Counted from the first letter of the stretch, positions 20,397 through 30,069 are shown. The stretch is 64,000 nt of DNA from an uncultured Ectothiorhodospiraceae bacterium (GCA_964401355.1 CAYNYJ010000003.1:2091-66090); one strand, 5' to 3'. The notes: generated from the letters alone by a model not told the origin. Numbers and translations are program-made.

Positions 20397-23234
20397 TTAA
20401 TGAATTAATTTTGAAACCATTTCGCTTCTTTCAGACTTGGCATAACGTATTGGGTTAAGCATTTTTAACTTACTAAAACTTTTTTCCATCCACTCGTCAT
20501 ACATCCCTTCACTGACACGACCAACATTTGATTCATGAATGTTAATCGACGTTTCTTCGAACGGGTAGGCTTGTTCTTCCAACAAAATATCATATTGCTC
20601 AAGCTCTTCTTCCGATAATCCAGACGGCCGCTCAGAACCCATCAATTCTTGACCAAACTCATTATAAATTTCCGCCAACCAGTAGACAGAAGCCGTTGTC
20701 ACTTCTGCAATACCGTAATCTGCTGCCAAGGTATAAGCCGCAACAGCCTCTTCCATTTTTTGTTTCTTGCGTTTCAGATTTTTCTTCAGCGGCCGCACCA
20801 ACTTAATTTGCTGATAAGACTTCATCACCGGCGATGCCAATTCAAACGCCGCGGTTGCCGCCAGATACTGTGTACGCGCAGTGCTCGCGGCTCCTGCAGC
20901 TTTATCCCGACGCAGAATCTCCTTTAACCAGTAGCGGCGATCACCTTGCCGCCCCGCCTTACCGTAAAGCACCGCAAGTTTATTACGTGCTTCCGTCGCC
21001 TGCTCCATCGGCTCAGGAAACATGCCAATATAACGTTTATAAGTACTCACTACCTTTTCCTGTACGCCGGCCTTTTCGTACAACTCAGCAGCCTGCCATA
21101 CCGCTTCGCGCTTAATCTCAGGATCAGACTGACTCGCAGACATATTTTCCAGTTCACCAGCAGCCTTCACCGACTTTCCCATCTCCAGATAGGCTTTAAC
21201 AAGATTCCCAGAAACCCTTTCCGCCAATGGATGATTTGGATTTTTTTCACGAAAGGTAGAAAACTTTTCAACAGCTTGCGCCCATCGTTTAGACTCCATC
21301 AAGCTTGCGGCAATATCAAATTCTGCGGACACGATAACAGAAGAGCCAGGCGATACTTGTTTAACACGTGAAAACTGGGCAATCGCTCCTTGCAAATTAC
21401 CCTTGGACTTCATGTACTCGCCCTGTTTATAAACAGCTGCCGCCAAACCATCAACTAACAGTTTTCGGCCTTGATCATCTTTTCCCATTAAACTCAAGGC
21501 GACCTTATATGCCACTTCCGCCCGGGTATAATCGCCTTTTTCGAATTCTGCACGGGCAATAATTTTCCAGGCCGTGCGCCGCGTTTCCGCCTTCGCCCCC
21601 TGTGAAATCTCAAGTATTTCTCGCGCAGCCACTGCCGCTTGCGCATATTTCTTTAACGCAAACATGTCCTGCGCGGCCTTGGTCAGCACTTCCGCAGCAC
21701 GCGTGTCATCAGGAAAGGTTTTCCCAAAACGCAATGCGCTCCCCACCGCTAGACGGCTGAAAGTCAACTTTTGTTTCCCGCTCGCCTGTTTTTCCGCTTC
21801 AGCATACGACAACAAGGCCGCATAACCAGCTTCTGCATCTCTGCCGAAACGCAAATACTGATATGCTGTTTTTTCAAATTGCTTCGCGGAGCTTTCAAAC
21901 TTGCCAGCTTCAAATAACAGCTCTGCATATAGAAAATTGAGTTTCTGCGAACTCTTGCTTTGTCGAAACCATTTTAGATGTTTGCGATACCAAACAAATG
22001 CCTGTTGATAACTTTCAGGCGTTTTTGTTTTTTGCGCCTGGGCATGAACATGTCTGACAACATCTTCGGAATTTTTTCTTAAGGCTATTTTCAGCTGGGC
22101 CAGGATTGTGTCTTCCTGCTCTTCATATCGTTGCCAGTACGACCCATTAATCCGATAACGTTTAACAAAACTTTTTTTCTCTTCAATCAATACACTGGCG
22201 AACCCTGCCGCCGTATATGTTTCTATTGCTTTGAGATCAAACTCATAGGCTTGCTCATGCATGGGATACGCTTCTGAGAAGGCATGATAGGCAGTAGCCG
22301 CATCGCGCACTCGCCCTTGTTTGACATAAAACTCCGCTAATGCCTCGTATATCTGTATTTCATAATCACGCCGCGCCGAGCCTTTAAAAAAATCTTTTAT
22401 AGCGTCAGGGCCACCCAATTCGTTGAAGCTCAGAATCGCAACCCGAAATACGTCATCAACGAGTTCTTTATCACCACGGCTTAATTCTTTCTTTGCGACA
22501 AGGCCAACGGAAGGTTTTAATTTACGATCCACCAATTCAAAAAAAGCGCGCAATGCACGTTGGTATTTTTCCTGCTTAAACAAGGCCCAACCCCGCTGGG
22601 CCATGGCCTTTTCAAAATAACGTGATTTTGAGCCCACCGTCAGCACCTGTGTATATGCCAGTTCTGCGGGTTTAAATCGGCGTAGGCCGAACATCAATTC
22701 ACCCCGGCGAAATTGCAGTTCATCCCTGTTTTCTGCGCGCGAATTTATTGCCAATAAACTCTTCAAGGCGTTCAAGGCTTTTTCTGGCTGACCGGCCTGC
22801 TCGTAGGCTTTGGACAACTGGTAAAGCAGACCAGCACTTTGTGCTCCACCACTCGCCACCTTCAAAGCATCTTCGTATAATTTTATCGCGCCCCGATAGG
22901 TGATGTTACGCAAGGTGTCCAGATCGGCATCGACGCCCGCATCTCCCTGACCAAAAACCTCCATCTGTTTCTGGAAGCGTTCTTCACTACGCTCCATTTC
23001 CAAATCTGCCAGACGACGCATTGCCTCAACCTTTTGCGATTCCTGTTTGGCCCCGGCCATGAATTCCCAATAATTATCCATCGCCTTATCGCGGCCACCG
23101 ATGATGGGAGATTCCGTATCAATCTGGATATCAAGCTCATCCAGATCGCCCAGGGTTTGCTGTTTGGGAGCACCGGCACAACCTGCCAATATCACACCCG
23201 TAATCGCCGCCAGAATCCATAAACGTCGACTCAT
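20397..23234 (-). CDS. Large TPR lipoprotein (GltD/AgmU-like)
   Basis: Lipobox ILAGC after start 23234 (ATGA overlap with the upstream gene); many TPR helices; C-terminal YDILLEEQAYPFEETSINIHESN...WMEKSF. Confidence 0.85.
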   Translation of the reverse strand: MSRRLWILAAITGVILAGCAGAPKQQTLGDLDELDIQIDTESPIIGGRDKAMDNYWEFMAGAKQESQKVEAMRRLADLEMERSEERFQKQMEVFGQGDAGVDADLDTLRNITYRGAIKLYEDALKVASGGAQSAGLLYQLSKAYEQAGQPEKALNALKSLLAINSRAENRDELQFRRGELMFGLRRFKPAELAYTQVLTVGSKSRYFEKAMAQRGWALFKQEKYQRALRAFFELVDRKLKPSVGLVAKKELSRGDKELVDDVFRVAILSFNELGGPDAIKDFFKGSARRDYEIQIYEALAEFYVKQGRVRDAATAYHAFSEAYPMHEQAYEFDLKAIETYTAAGFASVLIEEKKSFVKRYRINGSYWQRYEEQEDTILAQLKIALRKNSEDVVRHVHAQAQKTKTPESYQQAFVWYRKHLKWFRQSKSSQKLNFLYAELLFEAGKFESSAKQFEKTAYQYLRFGRDAEAGYAALLSYAEAEKQASGKQKLTFSRLAVGSALRFGKTFPDDTRAAEVLTKAAQDMFALKKYAQAAVAAREILEISQGAKAETRRTAWKIIARAEFEKGDYTRAEVAYKVALSLMGKDDQGRKLLVDGLAAAVYKQGEYMKSKGNLQGAIAQFSRVKQVSPGSSVIVSAEFDIAASLMESKRWAQAVEKFSTFREKNPNHPLAERVSGNLVKAYLEMGKSVKAAGELENMSASQSDPEIKREAVWQAAELYEKAGVQEKVVSTYKRYIGMFPEPMEQATEARNKLAVLYGKAGRQGDRRYWLKEILRRDKAAGAASTARTQYLAATAAFELASPVMKSYQQIKLVRPLKKNLKRKKQKMEEAVAAYTLAADYGIAEVTTASVYWLAEIYNEFGQELMGSERPSGLSEEELEQYDILLEEQAYPFEETSINIHESNVGRVSEGMYDEWMEKSFSKLKMLNPIRYAKSERSEMVSKLIH

Positions 23235-24754
23235 TGGCCGCTGCCCCAACGCTTCGAGGCATAATCATAGATTTGCGCCATGGAAAAACGCGCCTCGCCT
23301 GCATAACCCAGCAAACGTTGTTGACGCTTTTCCAGTTCTTCCAATGCCAACACCTTGAGGTGAGTTTGCAGACGTTCCACCATGCCAATCACTTGGCCTT
23401 GCAAGCTCGCAATTTTCCCATTAAGTTTTTGGCGGTGCTGAGGTGCTAAATCATCACTGTCATCAATCTCCGATGACCATTGTTCCAGGCGTCCCATCGA
23501 CAAGCGCAACTGTGCATAATTTTTTAAGGTTTCCTGAAATTCGTGGGTGGCAAACAATTGCCATAAATATCGACCCCCTGGAGTCTTGGGTAGTTCCGTC
23601 AAAACCCAGCTTTCTGCCATTCCCTGATTACCGACGGCACGCGCCAACCTGTCCATCATCGAACCATTTTTAACCGCCGTTTCAGCCAGCGTTACCTGTT
23701 CCATCTCACTTTTAAAGGAGGCCAGCGCCTGTTGGTAATACTGTAATGCCTGCTTGTACGCATCCAGTTTGCCAAACGCAAAGGGCACCGCCAGCAGGCC
23801 GTCTTGCACGGCAGAATCACTGGGATTTTGCTTGATCAATTCCAACCATGGCACCAGGGACTTTTTATATTGCTGTTTCGCCGAATACGCGCGCCCCAGG
23901 CCTAACAGAGATTTGCTCGACATCGGGCCTTGCAAACGTGTTTTTACGAAATAGGACTGCGCCTGATCCGGGTCTTTTTTACTGAGGTAATGGTATGCGA
24001 GGGTCAGGTTCGCCTTGTCACGCAAGGCGCGACTCTCTTCGCTGTGCGCGTCAGCAGCCCCTAGGTCGGCCAGCAGTTGACGACCTTCCTGCACCTCACC
24101 CTGACGAAATAGCGCGACCCCAAGATTGAATCGACCGTAAGTCGCCCATACGGATTTTTCACTGAGTTGCTGTACCAGAGATTTTTGCCCCAGCTGGCGC
24201 AAATGCGTTTCCGCTTCATCGAAGCGCTGCTGTTGCATCAACAACATCGCACTCAACAATAAATACTCCTGCTGTGCCGGGCCGGACAAGGCAGTGACGA
24301 TGCGTTTTAGCGTGGCCAACGCCTCGTCGATCTGCCGACGCTGATATTGCACTTTCGCTAGGCGCAGCCAGGCCAGATCGCGCAGCTGTTGTGGCTGGCC
24401 GCTCTCGCCCAACGCGGTGAATATTTCAGCGGCCTTATGATGCGCCCCGTAAGCAAGATACATCCCGCCCAACGCAAGCTGTAGTTGCGCAGGCGGCCCC
24501 TTGATGCGCCCCTGTAACTGATCGGCCTTTAATTGGGTAAGAGCGGCAAAGGGGTTTCCCAGCAGCAAATCAAACTGTGCAGCGCGCACCATGGGGTCTT
24601 CAAGCTGTTGCCAGGCGACCGGGGCTGCGAGCGTGAAGCCAAAGGGGAGCAGGGCGAATGTACCCACGCCCAGCAGCCATGCCCGCAAACCGGGCAGGGA
24701 TTTCTCCTGTGGACTGATCTTGCCCCGCTTATTCCCTCGCATCGACAACTCCAT
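23231..24754 (-). CDS. TPR-containing exported protein
   Basis: N-terminal hydrophobic segment; TPR-like DLAWLRLAKVQY, YGRFNLGVAL, ANLTLAY; coiled-coil C-terminus. Confidence 0.8.
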   Translation of the reverse strand: MELSMRGNKRGKISPQEKSLPGLRAWLLGVGTFALLPFGFTLAAPVAWQQLEDPMVRAAQFDLLLGNPFAALTQLKADQLQGRIKGPPAQLQLALGGMYLAYGAHHKAAEIFTALGESGQPQQLRDLAWLRLAKVQYQRRQIDEALATLKRIVTALSGPAQQEYLLLSAMLLMQQQRFDEAETHLRQLGQKSLVQQLSEKSVWATYGRFNLGVALFRQGEVQEGRQLLADLGAADAHSEESRALRDKANLTLAYHYLSKKDPDQAQSYFVKTRLQGPMSSKSLLGLGRAYSAKQQYKKSLVPWLELIKQNPSDSAVQDGLLAVPFAFGKLDAYKQALQYYQQALASFKSEMEQVTLAETAVKNGSMMDRLARAVGNQGMAESWVLTELPKTPGGRYLWQLFATHEFQETLKNYAQLRLSMGRLEQWSSEIDDSDDLAPQHRQKLNGKIASLQGQVIGMVERLQTHLKVLALEELEKRQQRLLGYAGEARFSMAQIYDYASKRWGSGQ

Positions 24755-24757
24755 GAA

Positions 24758-25441
24758 CTACTTCCATTCCTTGAACGACAACTCGGGAAAGGCCTGATTT
24801 TTGCCGGTGGCGATACGCAGTTCGACCACGCGTCGTCCCACGCCGGAAATAATCACCAGGGTGGCCTCAAGCTGAAAATCGGGATCTTTGGGTACCCGCC
24901 CCATCAACACAGCCGTCAGTTGATGACGACCCGCGGGCACATTATCCCAAAACAGCCGATGACTGCCGCCCTTCGAAAGCGCCTCCAGTTCTACTTTCGC
25001 ATACTGATGAAACGAGGCTGTCTGTTCACCAATCTGCAATTGAATGCTGTCTAACTGAAAAAATGCTGTGGGCTCTACCGACACCAATACCAGTAACTGG
25101 GTCTTGGAAGACAGCTCACGCGTCTCTTCCAAAACCGCCATGTCAGCGCCCAGGCTAACAACGTCATTGAGGATTTGTTCGACTTCCGCATCCAGTTGCT
25201 GGAAGCGTATCTCACTGTCTGTGCCCGCAGACACACTTATCGCGATATCCGGTGTGGCCGCATACACCGAGCCTGCACCGATTGCCCCCATCCCAAAAAA
25301 CCAGGATCCGATAAACCAGAGTCCAATAAACCAACGTCCAACAAACCAAAGCACCGACAGCGGTCGCTTTGTGTTTACTTGTTTCATACTACTCCACTCA
25401 GCCTTGTGTGGCCTTTCAGCATACCCCAACATTACTGACAA
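24758..25441 (-). CDS. Exported hypothetical protein, first gene of the TPR/TolQR operon
   Basis: Hydrophobic N-terminus, short coiled coil, beta-rich C-terminus. Three nucleotides from the next gene. True start may be near 25387. Confidence 0.7.
   Translation of the reverse strand: MSVMLGYAERPHKAEWSSMKQVNTKRPLSVLWFVGRWFIGLWFIGSWFFGMGAIGAGSVYAATPDIAISVSAGTDSEIRFQQLDAEVEQILNDVVSLGADMAVLEETRELSSKTQLLVLVSVEPTAFFQLDSIQLQIGEQTASFHQYAKVELEALSKGGSHRLFWDNVPAGRHQLTAVLMGRVPKDPDFQLEATLVIISGVGRRVVELRIATGKNQAFPELSFKEWK
25298..25348. repeat. Imperfect 15-bp tandem repeat inside coding sequence
   Basis: AAACCA recurs at 25298, 25313, 25328 and 25343, encoding WFVGR-WFIGL-WFIGS-WF on the minus strand. Confidence 0.8.
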
Positions 25442-25824
25442 CCCAATGCCGGAATGCCTCGAAACGCGGCTTCTTCCCCTTAAGGCTCACCCACTGGCCT
25501 TTTTTGCGCATTTTATGAACGATTTTCGTGTAAAAATGGCTTTCCACTCAAAAAGTGGCATATCGTAAAATCATGTTTCTGATGCAGGGTTCAACATTTT
25601 TTCATATATTCAAACACACGGTATGGGAAAGCAAACAAAAGAAACCATCCGGCGAAGCCAAACGTGTAGTAACCTGTAAAGTGATCCGCGGGCTTAAATT
25701 TCAAAACAATTTCAAAAAGCGACGGGGCAAACTGCGGCTGACGACAGTCAAAAATAAATTTATCATCAGCGCACCGCTGAACTGCAAGCATTCTATACTG
25801 GCCTGCCCCGCCAACGAATGATCA

Positions 25825-27444
25825 ATGGAAGGATACGCATCAATGTTTCAGTCAAACGAACACAACGGTTCCGTTGTTTACGTCACAGACTCAAAATCGT
25901 CGCGTACTTCATCCCCCGACACTCCCGCAGAATCGGAACCGGCAACAGAAAAACTGCCCGGCCAACGGAAATCGCCTTTTGGCGCTTTTTCCGTCAAGAG
26001 CATTGCCTATGCCTGCGCCACCCTCATCATCGTCCTGTTTCTATCGATCACAGTCACCAATTTACTGCTCTCCAAAACCTATTTCCAAGGCCCGGAAGAC
26101 AATGCTCTAAGCCAGCGTCTGGCGGACAAAGCCCAGACACTGGAAACCCAGCTGGCCTTTTTTCAGCAAATCGTCGATCACCTTGCGACCCAGCCCACTA
26201 CCCAGGATCTCCTTGAAAATAAAGATGAGATCGGCGCCCAGACCTGGTCTCTGCAAATGCAACGTTTCCTGCCCCAAGCCATGGGCGTGGCCTTGCTGAC
26301 GACCACCGGTCAATTGCTGGGAATACCCGCCGACGCCCAACTCAGTCCACAAAGCCTCACGGATCTCGCCAAACTCAGCCAGGGTGAACTTATCAGCATG
26401 CCGCCCGTGCACCGCCACACAGAAGAAACCAGCCATTTTGATCTGGTCGCTCCAGTATTGGATGAAGCCGATTTTCCACTCGGCATGGTGTTCGTCAGTT
26501 TTGGCCTGACGACCCTCCAGTCCGCGCTGCAAAACAACACTGGCAGCGGGCAAAAACTGGTATTAATCGACGGCTATGGCAATGTCATCGGCCAACAAGA
26601 CCGTACAGCCCACACTGGCAACATCCTTGAAAAGCGCATCTTCCTCCAAGGGAGCGACTGGCAGCTCAGCCTCAGCGAGAATATCACCGGCTCATTGCCC
26701 AGCTTTTTGAGCCTGGTAATCTTCAATATTTCCGCCATATTGCTCATCATCGGCATCATCACCTTTATTGTGCGTCACTCCCTGCGCACATTGAGTACGG
26801 ATTTTGCGCAAATCAAAGGCCTACTCAATGGTCTCGCGGAAGGAGAAATGCTGGAAGAGGAATTCGCCACCCCACTGCTGCGCGAGACCGCCGAAATCCT
26901 GCCGTCCATCAGCCACATCCAGCGCGGTATCGAGAAAAAACAACAACTGCTGGATCACCGGCAGCTCAGTGACGAACTCACCGGTCTGGCCAATCGTCGC
27001 CAGTTCAATATTGAATTCGCCCGCGCTTACAACTTCGCGCGACGCGGCACCCCGGTCTGCGTGACTCTGATCCAGCTGCAAAATCTGCATCGGCTCGACC
27101 CGCAACAATGCTCGCAAGTCGTCAAACTGCTGGCCAAAACACTCAATGAACACGCCCGCAAGGTCGACCACATCGCTCGTCTGGAGCCCGATCAGTTCGC
27201 GTTGCTGATGTTTGGCATGTCCGCAGAAGGAACCACGCCCTGTCTGGAGCGCATGCACAAATCTTTCCTGGGTCATCAGGCCCAGCATCCGGCGATCCCG
27301 GATGAACTCATCAGCAGCCTGGTATTCGGCTATACCCTGATCCACCCCCACCGCGATAATAACGCCGCTGAAGTACTGAAACGCGCCGAGGCCGCGCTGG
27401 CAGAGGCGCAGGAATCTGACGAACGCTGTATCATCACCGCATGA
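25825..27444 (+). CDS. Membrane sensor with periplasmic Cache-like domain and degenerate GGDEF domain
   Basis: Two TM helices flank a periplasmic domain; DELTGLANRRQF; RKVD I-site followed 5 aa later by EPDQF in place of GGDEF. Confidence 0.85.
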   Translation: MEGYASMFQSNEHNGSVVYVTDSKSSRTSSPDTPAESEPATEKLPGQRKSPFGAFSVKSIAYACATLIIVLFLSITVTNLLLSKTYFQGPEDNALSQRLADKAQTLETQLAFFQQIVDHLATQPTTQDLLENKDEIGAQTWSLQMQRFLPQAMGVALLTTTGQLLGIPADAQLSPQSLTDLAKLSQGELISMPPVHRHTEETSHFDLVAPVLDEADFPLGMVFVSFGLTTLQSALQNNTGSGQKLVLIDGYGNVIGQQDRTAHTGNILEKRIFLQGSDWQLSLSENITGSLPSFLSLVIFNISAILLIIGIITFIVRHSLRTLSTDFAQIKGLLNGLAEGEMLEEEFATPLLRETAEILPSISHIQRGIEKKQQLLDHRQLSDELTGLANRRQFNIEFARAYNFARRGTPVCVTLIQLQNLHRLDPQQCSQVVKLLAKTLNEHARKVDHIARLEPDQFALLMFGMSAEGTTPCLERMHKSFLGHQAQHPAIPDELISSLVFGYTLIHPHRDNNAAEVLKRAEAALAEAQESDERCIITA

Positions 27445-27725
27445 TTGTTATTCACGACCGAAAAGGCCTTTGTACGCTGATGACGCTGGAGATCGACAGC
27501 CTGCAAAACGCCGATCTGCGCGATGCCAACCTCGAAAATGCCAACCTGGTGCAGTACGACCTGCAAGGGGCTGACCTGCGCGGTGCCAATCTCATCGGCG
27601 CGGACTTGCGACTGGCCAACCTCAGCGGCGCCGACCTGCGCGGCGCGGATCTCAGCACCGCCGATTTTGCAGGTGCCAATCTGGAAGGGACGAAAACGGA
27701 TACCCCGTTATTACCCGTTAGCTAA
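27441..27725 (+). CDS. Pentapeptide repeat protein
   Basis: ADLRD-ANLEN-ANLVQ-YDLQG-ADLRG-ANLIG... A(D/N)Lxx repeats. ATGA overlap with the GGDEF gene. Confidence 0.9.
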   Translation: MIVIHDRKGLCTLMTLEIDSLQNADLRDANLENANLVQYDLQGADLRGANLIGADLRLANLSGADLRGADLSTADFAGANLEGTKTDTPLLPVS

Positions 27726-27771
27726 AAATACCGACGAGTCAGAGCTGGAATCCCGTGCGTTATGACATTCT

Positions 27772-27798
27772 CTGGATCCCGGCCTACGCCAGGATGAC
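27772..27798. repeat. REP-like palindromic element
   Basis: CTGGATCCCGGCCTACGCCAGGATGAC, between convergent genes; resembles the widespread CTGGATCCC...GATGAC REP type. Confidence 0.5.
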
Positions 27799-27841
27799 GG
27801 TAAAAATTATTGCCCAATAAATATTGAACGCAACGTGTCAT

Positions 27842-28762
27842 TTAACGAGTTTCAGCAGGCCACAGCCACGCGGCGCCCCGTACTCCACTGGAGTCCCCAT
27901 GTTTTGGCGGTACTAATCGCGTACGCACCGGCTCCCCCACCCGTCCGGTACTGAATACGTATTCACTCCACAACATCGGCACGGCCTCGTACAGGCGCGC
28001 AATATTCGACAAACCACCGCCCAGCACGATGACCTCCGGATCCAGTAAATTGATCACCGAAGCCAGGGCGCGCGCCATGCGCCGTTCGTAACGTTGCAGA
28101 CTGGCCTCGGCTGCAATATCCCCCGAGGCTGCCAACGCGACGATGTGCGCCGCATCCTGCGATTCGCCGACCACCGACTGATGATCCCGTGCCAGACCCG
28201 GCCCGGACAGAAAGGTCTCGATACAACCGCGTTTACCGCAATAGCAGTCCGGCCCTGGCAACTCCTCCGGCGCAGGCCACGGCAGCGGATTATGCCCCCA
28301 CTCACCGGTAATCGCGTTGGCACCGCGCAACAACTGACCATTGACCACTACGCCGCCACCCGTGCCGGTGCCGACAATCACCCCGAACACCACCGAGGCT
28401 CCCGCCGCTGCGCCGTCCGTCGCCTCAGAAAGCGCAAAACAATCGGCATCGTTGGCCATTCGCACCGAGCGCTGCAACGCGGATTCCAGGTCGGCTTGCA
28501 GCGATTGGCCGTTGAGGCACACGGAATTGGCATTTTTCAACCGACCGCTACCCGGTGCAATCGCCCCCGGCGTCGCCACCCCCACGCTGGCGGTCTGCCC
28601 CAGGGACTGCTCCAGCGCCAGCACCAGATCCCGGATCGCGCGAACCGTAGCCACGTAATCATCCACGGGGGTAGTCACCCGTTGCCGGGCCAAAGTCACA
28701 CCACACACATCCAGTGCAATGGCTTCGATTTTACTGCCGCCAAGATCAACGCCGATACGCAT
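27842..28762 (-). CDS. mak: ROK family sugar kinase (fructokinase Mak-like)
   Basis: MRIGVDLGGSKIE, ANDADCFALSEA, GTGTGGG, GEWGHNPLPWP, CYCGKRGCIETFLSG, GDSSGVRGAAWLW. Confidence 0.9.
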   Translation of the reverse strand: MRIGVDLGGSKIEAIALDVCGVTLARQRVTTPVDDYVATVRAIRDLVLALEQSLGQTASVGVATPGAIAPGSGRLKNANSVCLNGQSLQADLESALQRSVRMANDADCFALSEATDGAAAGASVVFGVIVGTGTGGGVVVNGQLLRGANAITGEWGHNPLPWPAPEELPGPDCYCGKRGCIETFLSGPGLARDHQSVVGESQDAAHIVALAASGDIAAEASLQRYERRMARALASVINLLDPEVIVLGGGLSNIARLYEAVPMLWSEYVFSTGRVGEPVRTRLVPPKHGDSSGVRGAAWLWPAETR

Positions 28763-28772
28763 CATTGCCCAT

Positions 28773-29015
28773 TCAGTCACCCACCTTTTTGATCTTCTGC
28801 AACTTATTCTTCACATCAACGCGCAACACAAACTCGCCGTACACCCCTTGGTGCGACACAAAAGGACGCAGGATATCAGCAGGAAATTGCAGATGTTGCC
28901 CATCGGCCAGCGTCACCACCACCTGATGTGCAACCCCCTCGTAATAAGCCAGATATTTTTCGGCCGAAATGGCCAGTCGAAATCGATACTCACGCATGGC
29001 GCGCGCTCGCGTCAT
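28773..29015 (-). CDS. DUF2835 family small protein
   Basis: FRLAISAEKYLAYYEG...LQFPADILRPFVSHQGVYGEF pattern. Confidence 0.75.
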   Translation of the reverse strand: MTRARAMREYRFRLAISAEKYLAYYEGVAHQVVVTLADGQHLQFPADILRPFVSHQGVYGEFVLRVDVKNKLQKIKKVGD

Positions 29016-29359
29016 TCCCGCAAGGCCCGCTCAATGGCCTGCGGATTGAAACCGCGCAGCACATTATTGTTCACCAGCAGCAGCGGCACACCATTGCCTT
29101 GCAAGGCCTTGAACTGACGCTGCCCCTCCGGTGATTTTTCCACGTCATATTCAAAGAAGGGAATATTATTTTTGCGCAGATAAGCCCGCGTCATCTTGCA
29201 GTTGCCGCACCAGTCGGTGCCGTACATCACCACCGGCTCCGTGTGCAAGGCCGCGAAATCAGGCCGCGCCACCAACAGCCCGTGCACCGAACTCCAGTTC
29301 AGAGCCAGCACTGCAACCAGCACCGCCGCCACCGAAAAACTCACCAACATTTTTTTCAT
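29012..29359 (-). CDS. Membrane-anchored glutaredoxin/NrdH-like protein
   Basis: N-terminal TM helix; VVMYGTDWCGNC, FFEYDVEK, GVP cis-Pro. Confidence 0.88.
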   Translation of the reverse strand: MKKMLVSFSVAAVLVAVLALNWSSVHGLLVARPDFAALHTEPVVMYGTDWCGNCKMTRAYLRKNNIPFFEYDVEKSPEGQRQFKALQGNGVPLLLVNNNVLRGFNPQAIERALRE

Positions 29360-29391
29360 ACTTTACACACGCCACGTCATAGCAGATATTG

Positions 29392-29455
29392 AAGGAGCCT
29401 CTGATTAAGTCATAAACGAAAATCTTGAGAGCCCAGATTTAAGCAGAGGTTCCTT
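29392..29455. mobile_element. Internally deleted family B MITE (64 bp)
   Basis: AAGGAGCCTCTGATTAAGTC versus reverse complement of right end AAGGAACCTCTGCTTAAATC (17/20). Ends match the 9818 element. Confidence 0.65.
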
Positions 29456-29490
29456 AGTTCATCTTAGCCCGAAGGACAAATATTTTCATT

Positions 29491-30048
29491 ATGCACATCG
29501 ACATGCACATCGACCCCAAAACCGGCCTGCTCGACGCCGCAAAACAAGTGCCCTCGCCCAATTTCGATGCACGCCCAAACGACAGCGCCATCAACTTACT
29601 GGTGATTCACGCCATCAGCCTGCCCGCCGGCGAATTCGGTGGCCCGTGGATTGACGACCTATTCTGCAACCGACTCGAACCGACGACGCACGCCGACTTT
29701 ACCGAAATTTGTCAGCTCACCGTCTCCGCCCACCTGCTGATTCGCCGCGACGGTGAGATCATTCAATACGTGCCCTTTCAGCAACGCGCCTGGCACGCGG
29801 GCGAATCGCGTTTTCAAGACCGCGAACACTGCAATGATTTTTCCATCGGCATTGAATTGGAAGGCTACGATGCACACGCCTTCGAGCCCGTTCAATACCA
29901 ACAACTCGCACAACTCACACGTGCCCTGATGAAGGCCTATCCCGGCATCACCCGCGAACGCATCACCGGCCACAGCGACATCGCCCCCGGCCGTAAAACC
30001 GACCCCGGCCCTCTGTTTGACTGGCCCTTGCTGTGGCAACTGTTGTGA
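29491..30048 (+). CDS. ampD: 1,6-anhydro-N-acetylmuramyl-L-alanine amidase
   Basis: SPNFDARP, VIHAISLP, VSAHLLIRRDG, AWHAG, CNDFSIGIELEG, GHSDIAPGRKTDPG. Confidence 0.97.
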   Translation: MHIDMHIDPKTGLLDAAKQVPSPNFDARPNDSAINLLVIHAISLPAGEFGGPWIDDLFCNRLEPTTHADFTEICQLTVSAHLLIRRDGEIIQYVPFQQRAWHAGESRFQDREHCNDFSIGIELEGYDAHAFEPVQYQQLAQLTRALMKAYPGITRERITGHSDIAPGRKTDPGPLFDWPLLWQLL

Positions 30049-30069
30049 CAACTGTTGTGACAACTGTTG
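30037..30069. repeat. 12-bp tandem repeat (CAACTGTTGTGA) x2.75 including the ampD stop
   Basis: Units at 30037, 30049 and 30061. Confidence 0.9.

Noticed and set aside
25724-25762. GGCAAAC stretch upstream of the GGDEF gene as a c-di-GMP-I riboswitch
   Set aside because: It lacks the GAAA tetraloop, the GGACGCAAAGC junction and a second stem.
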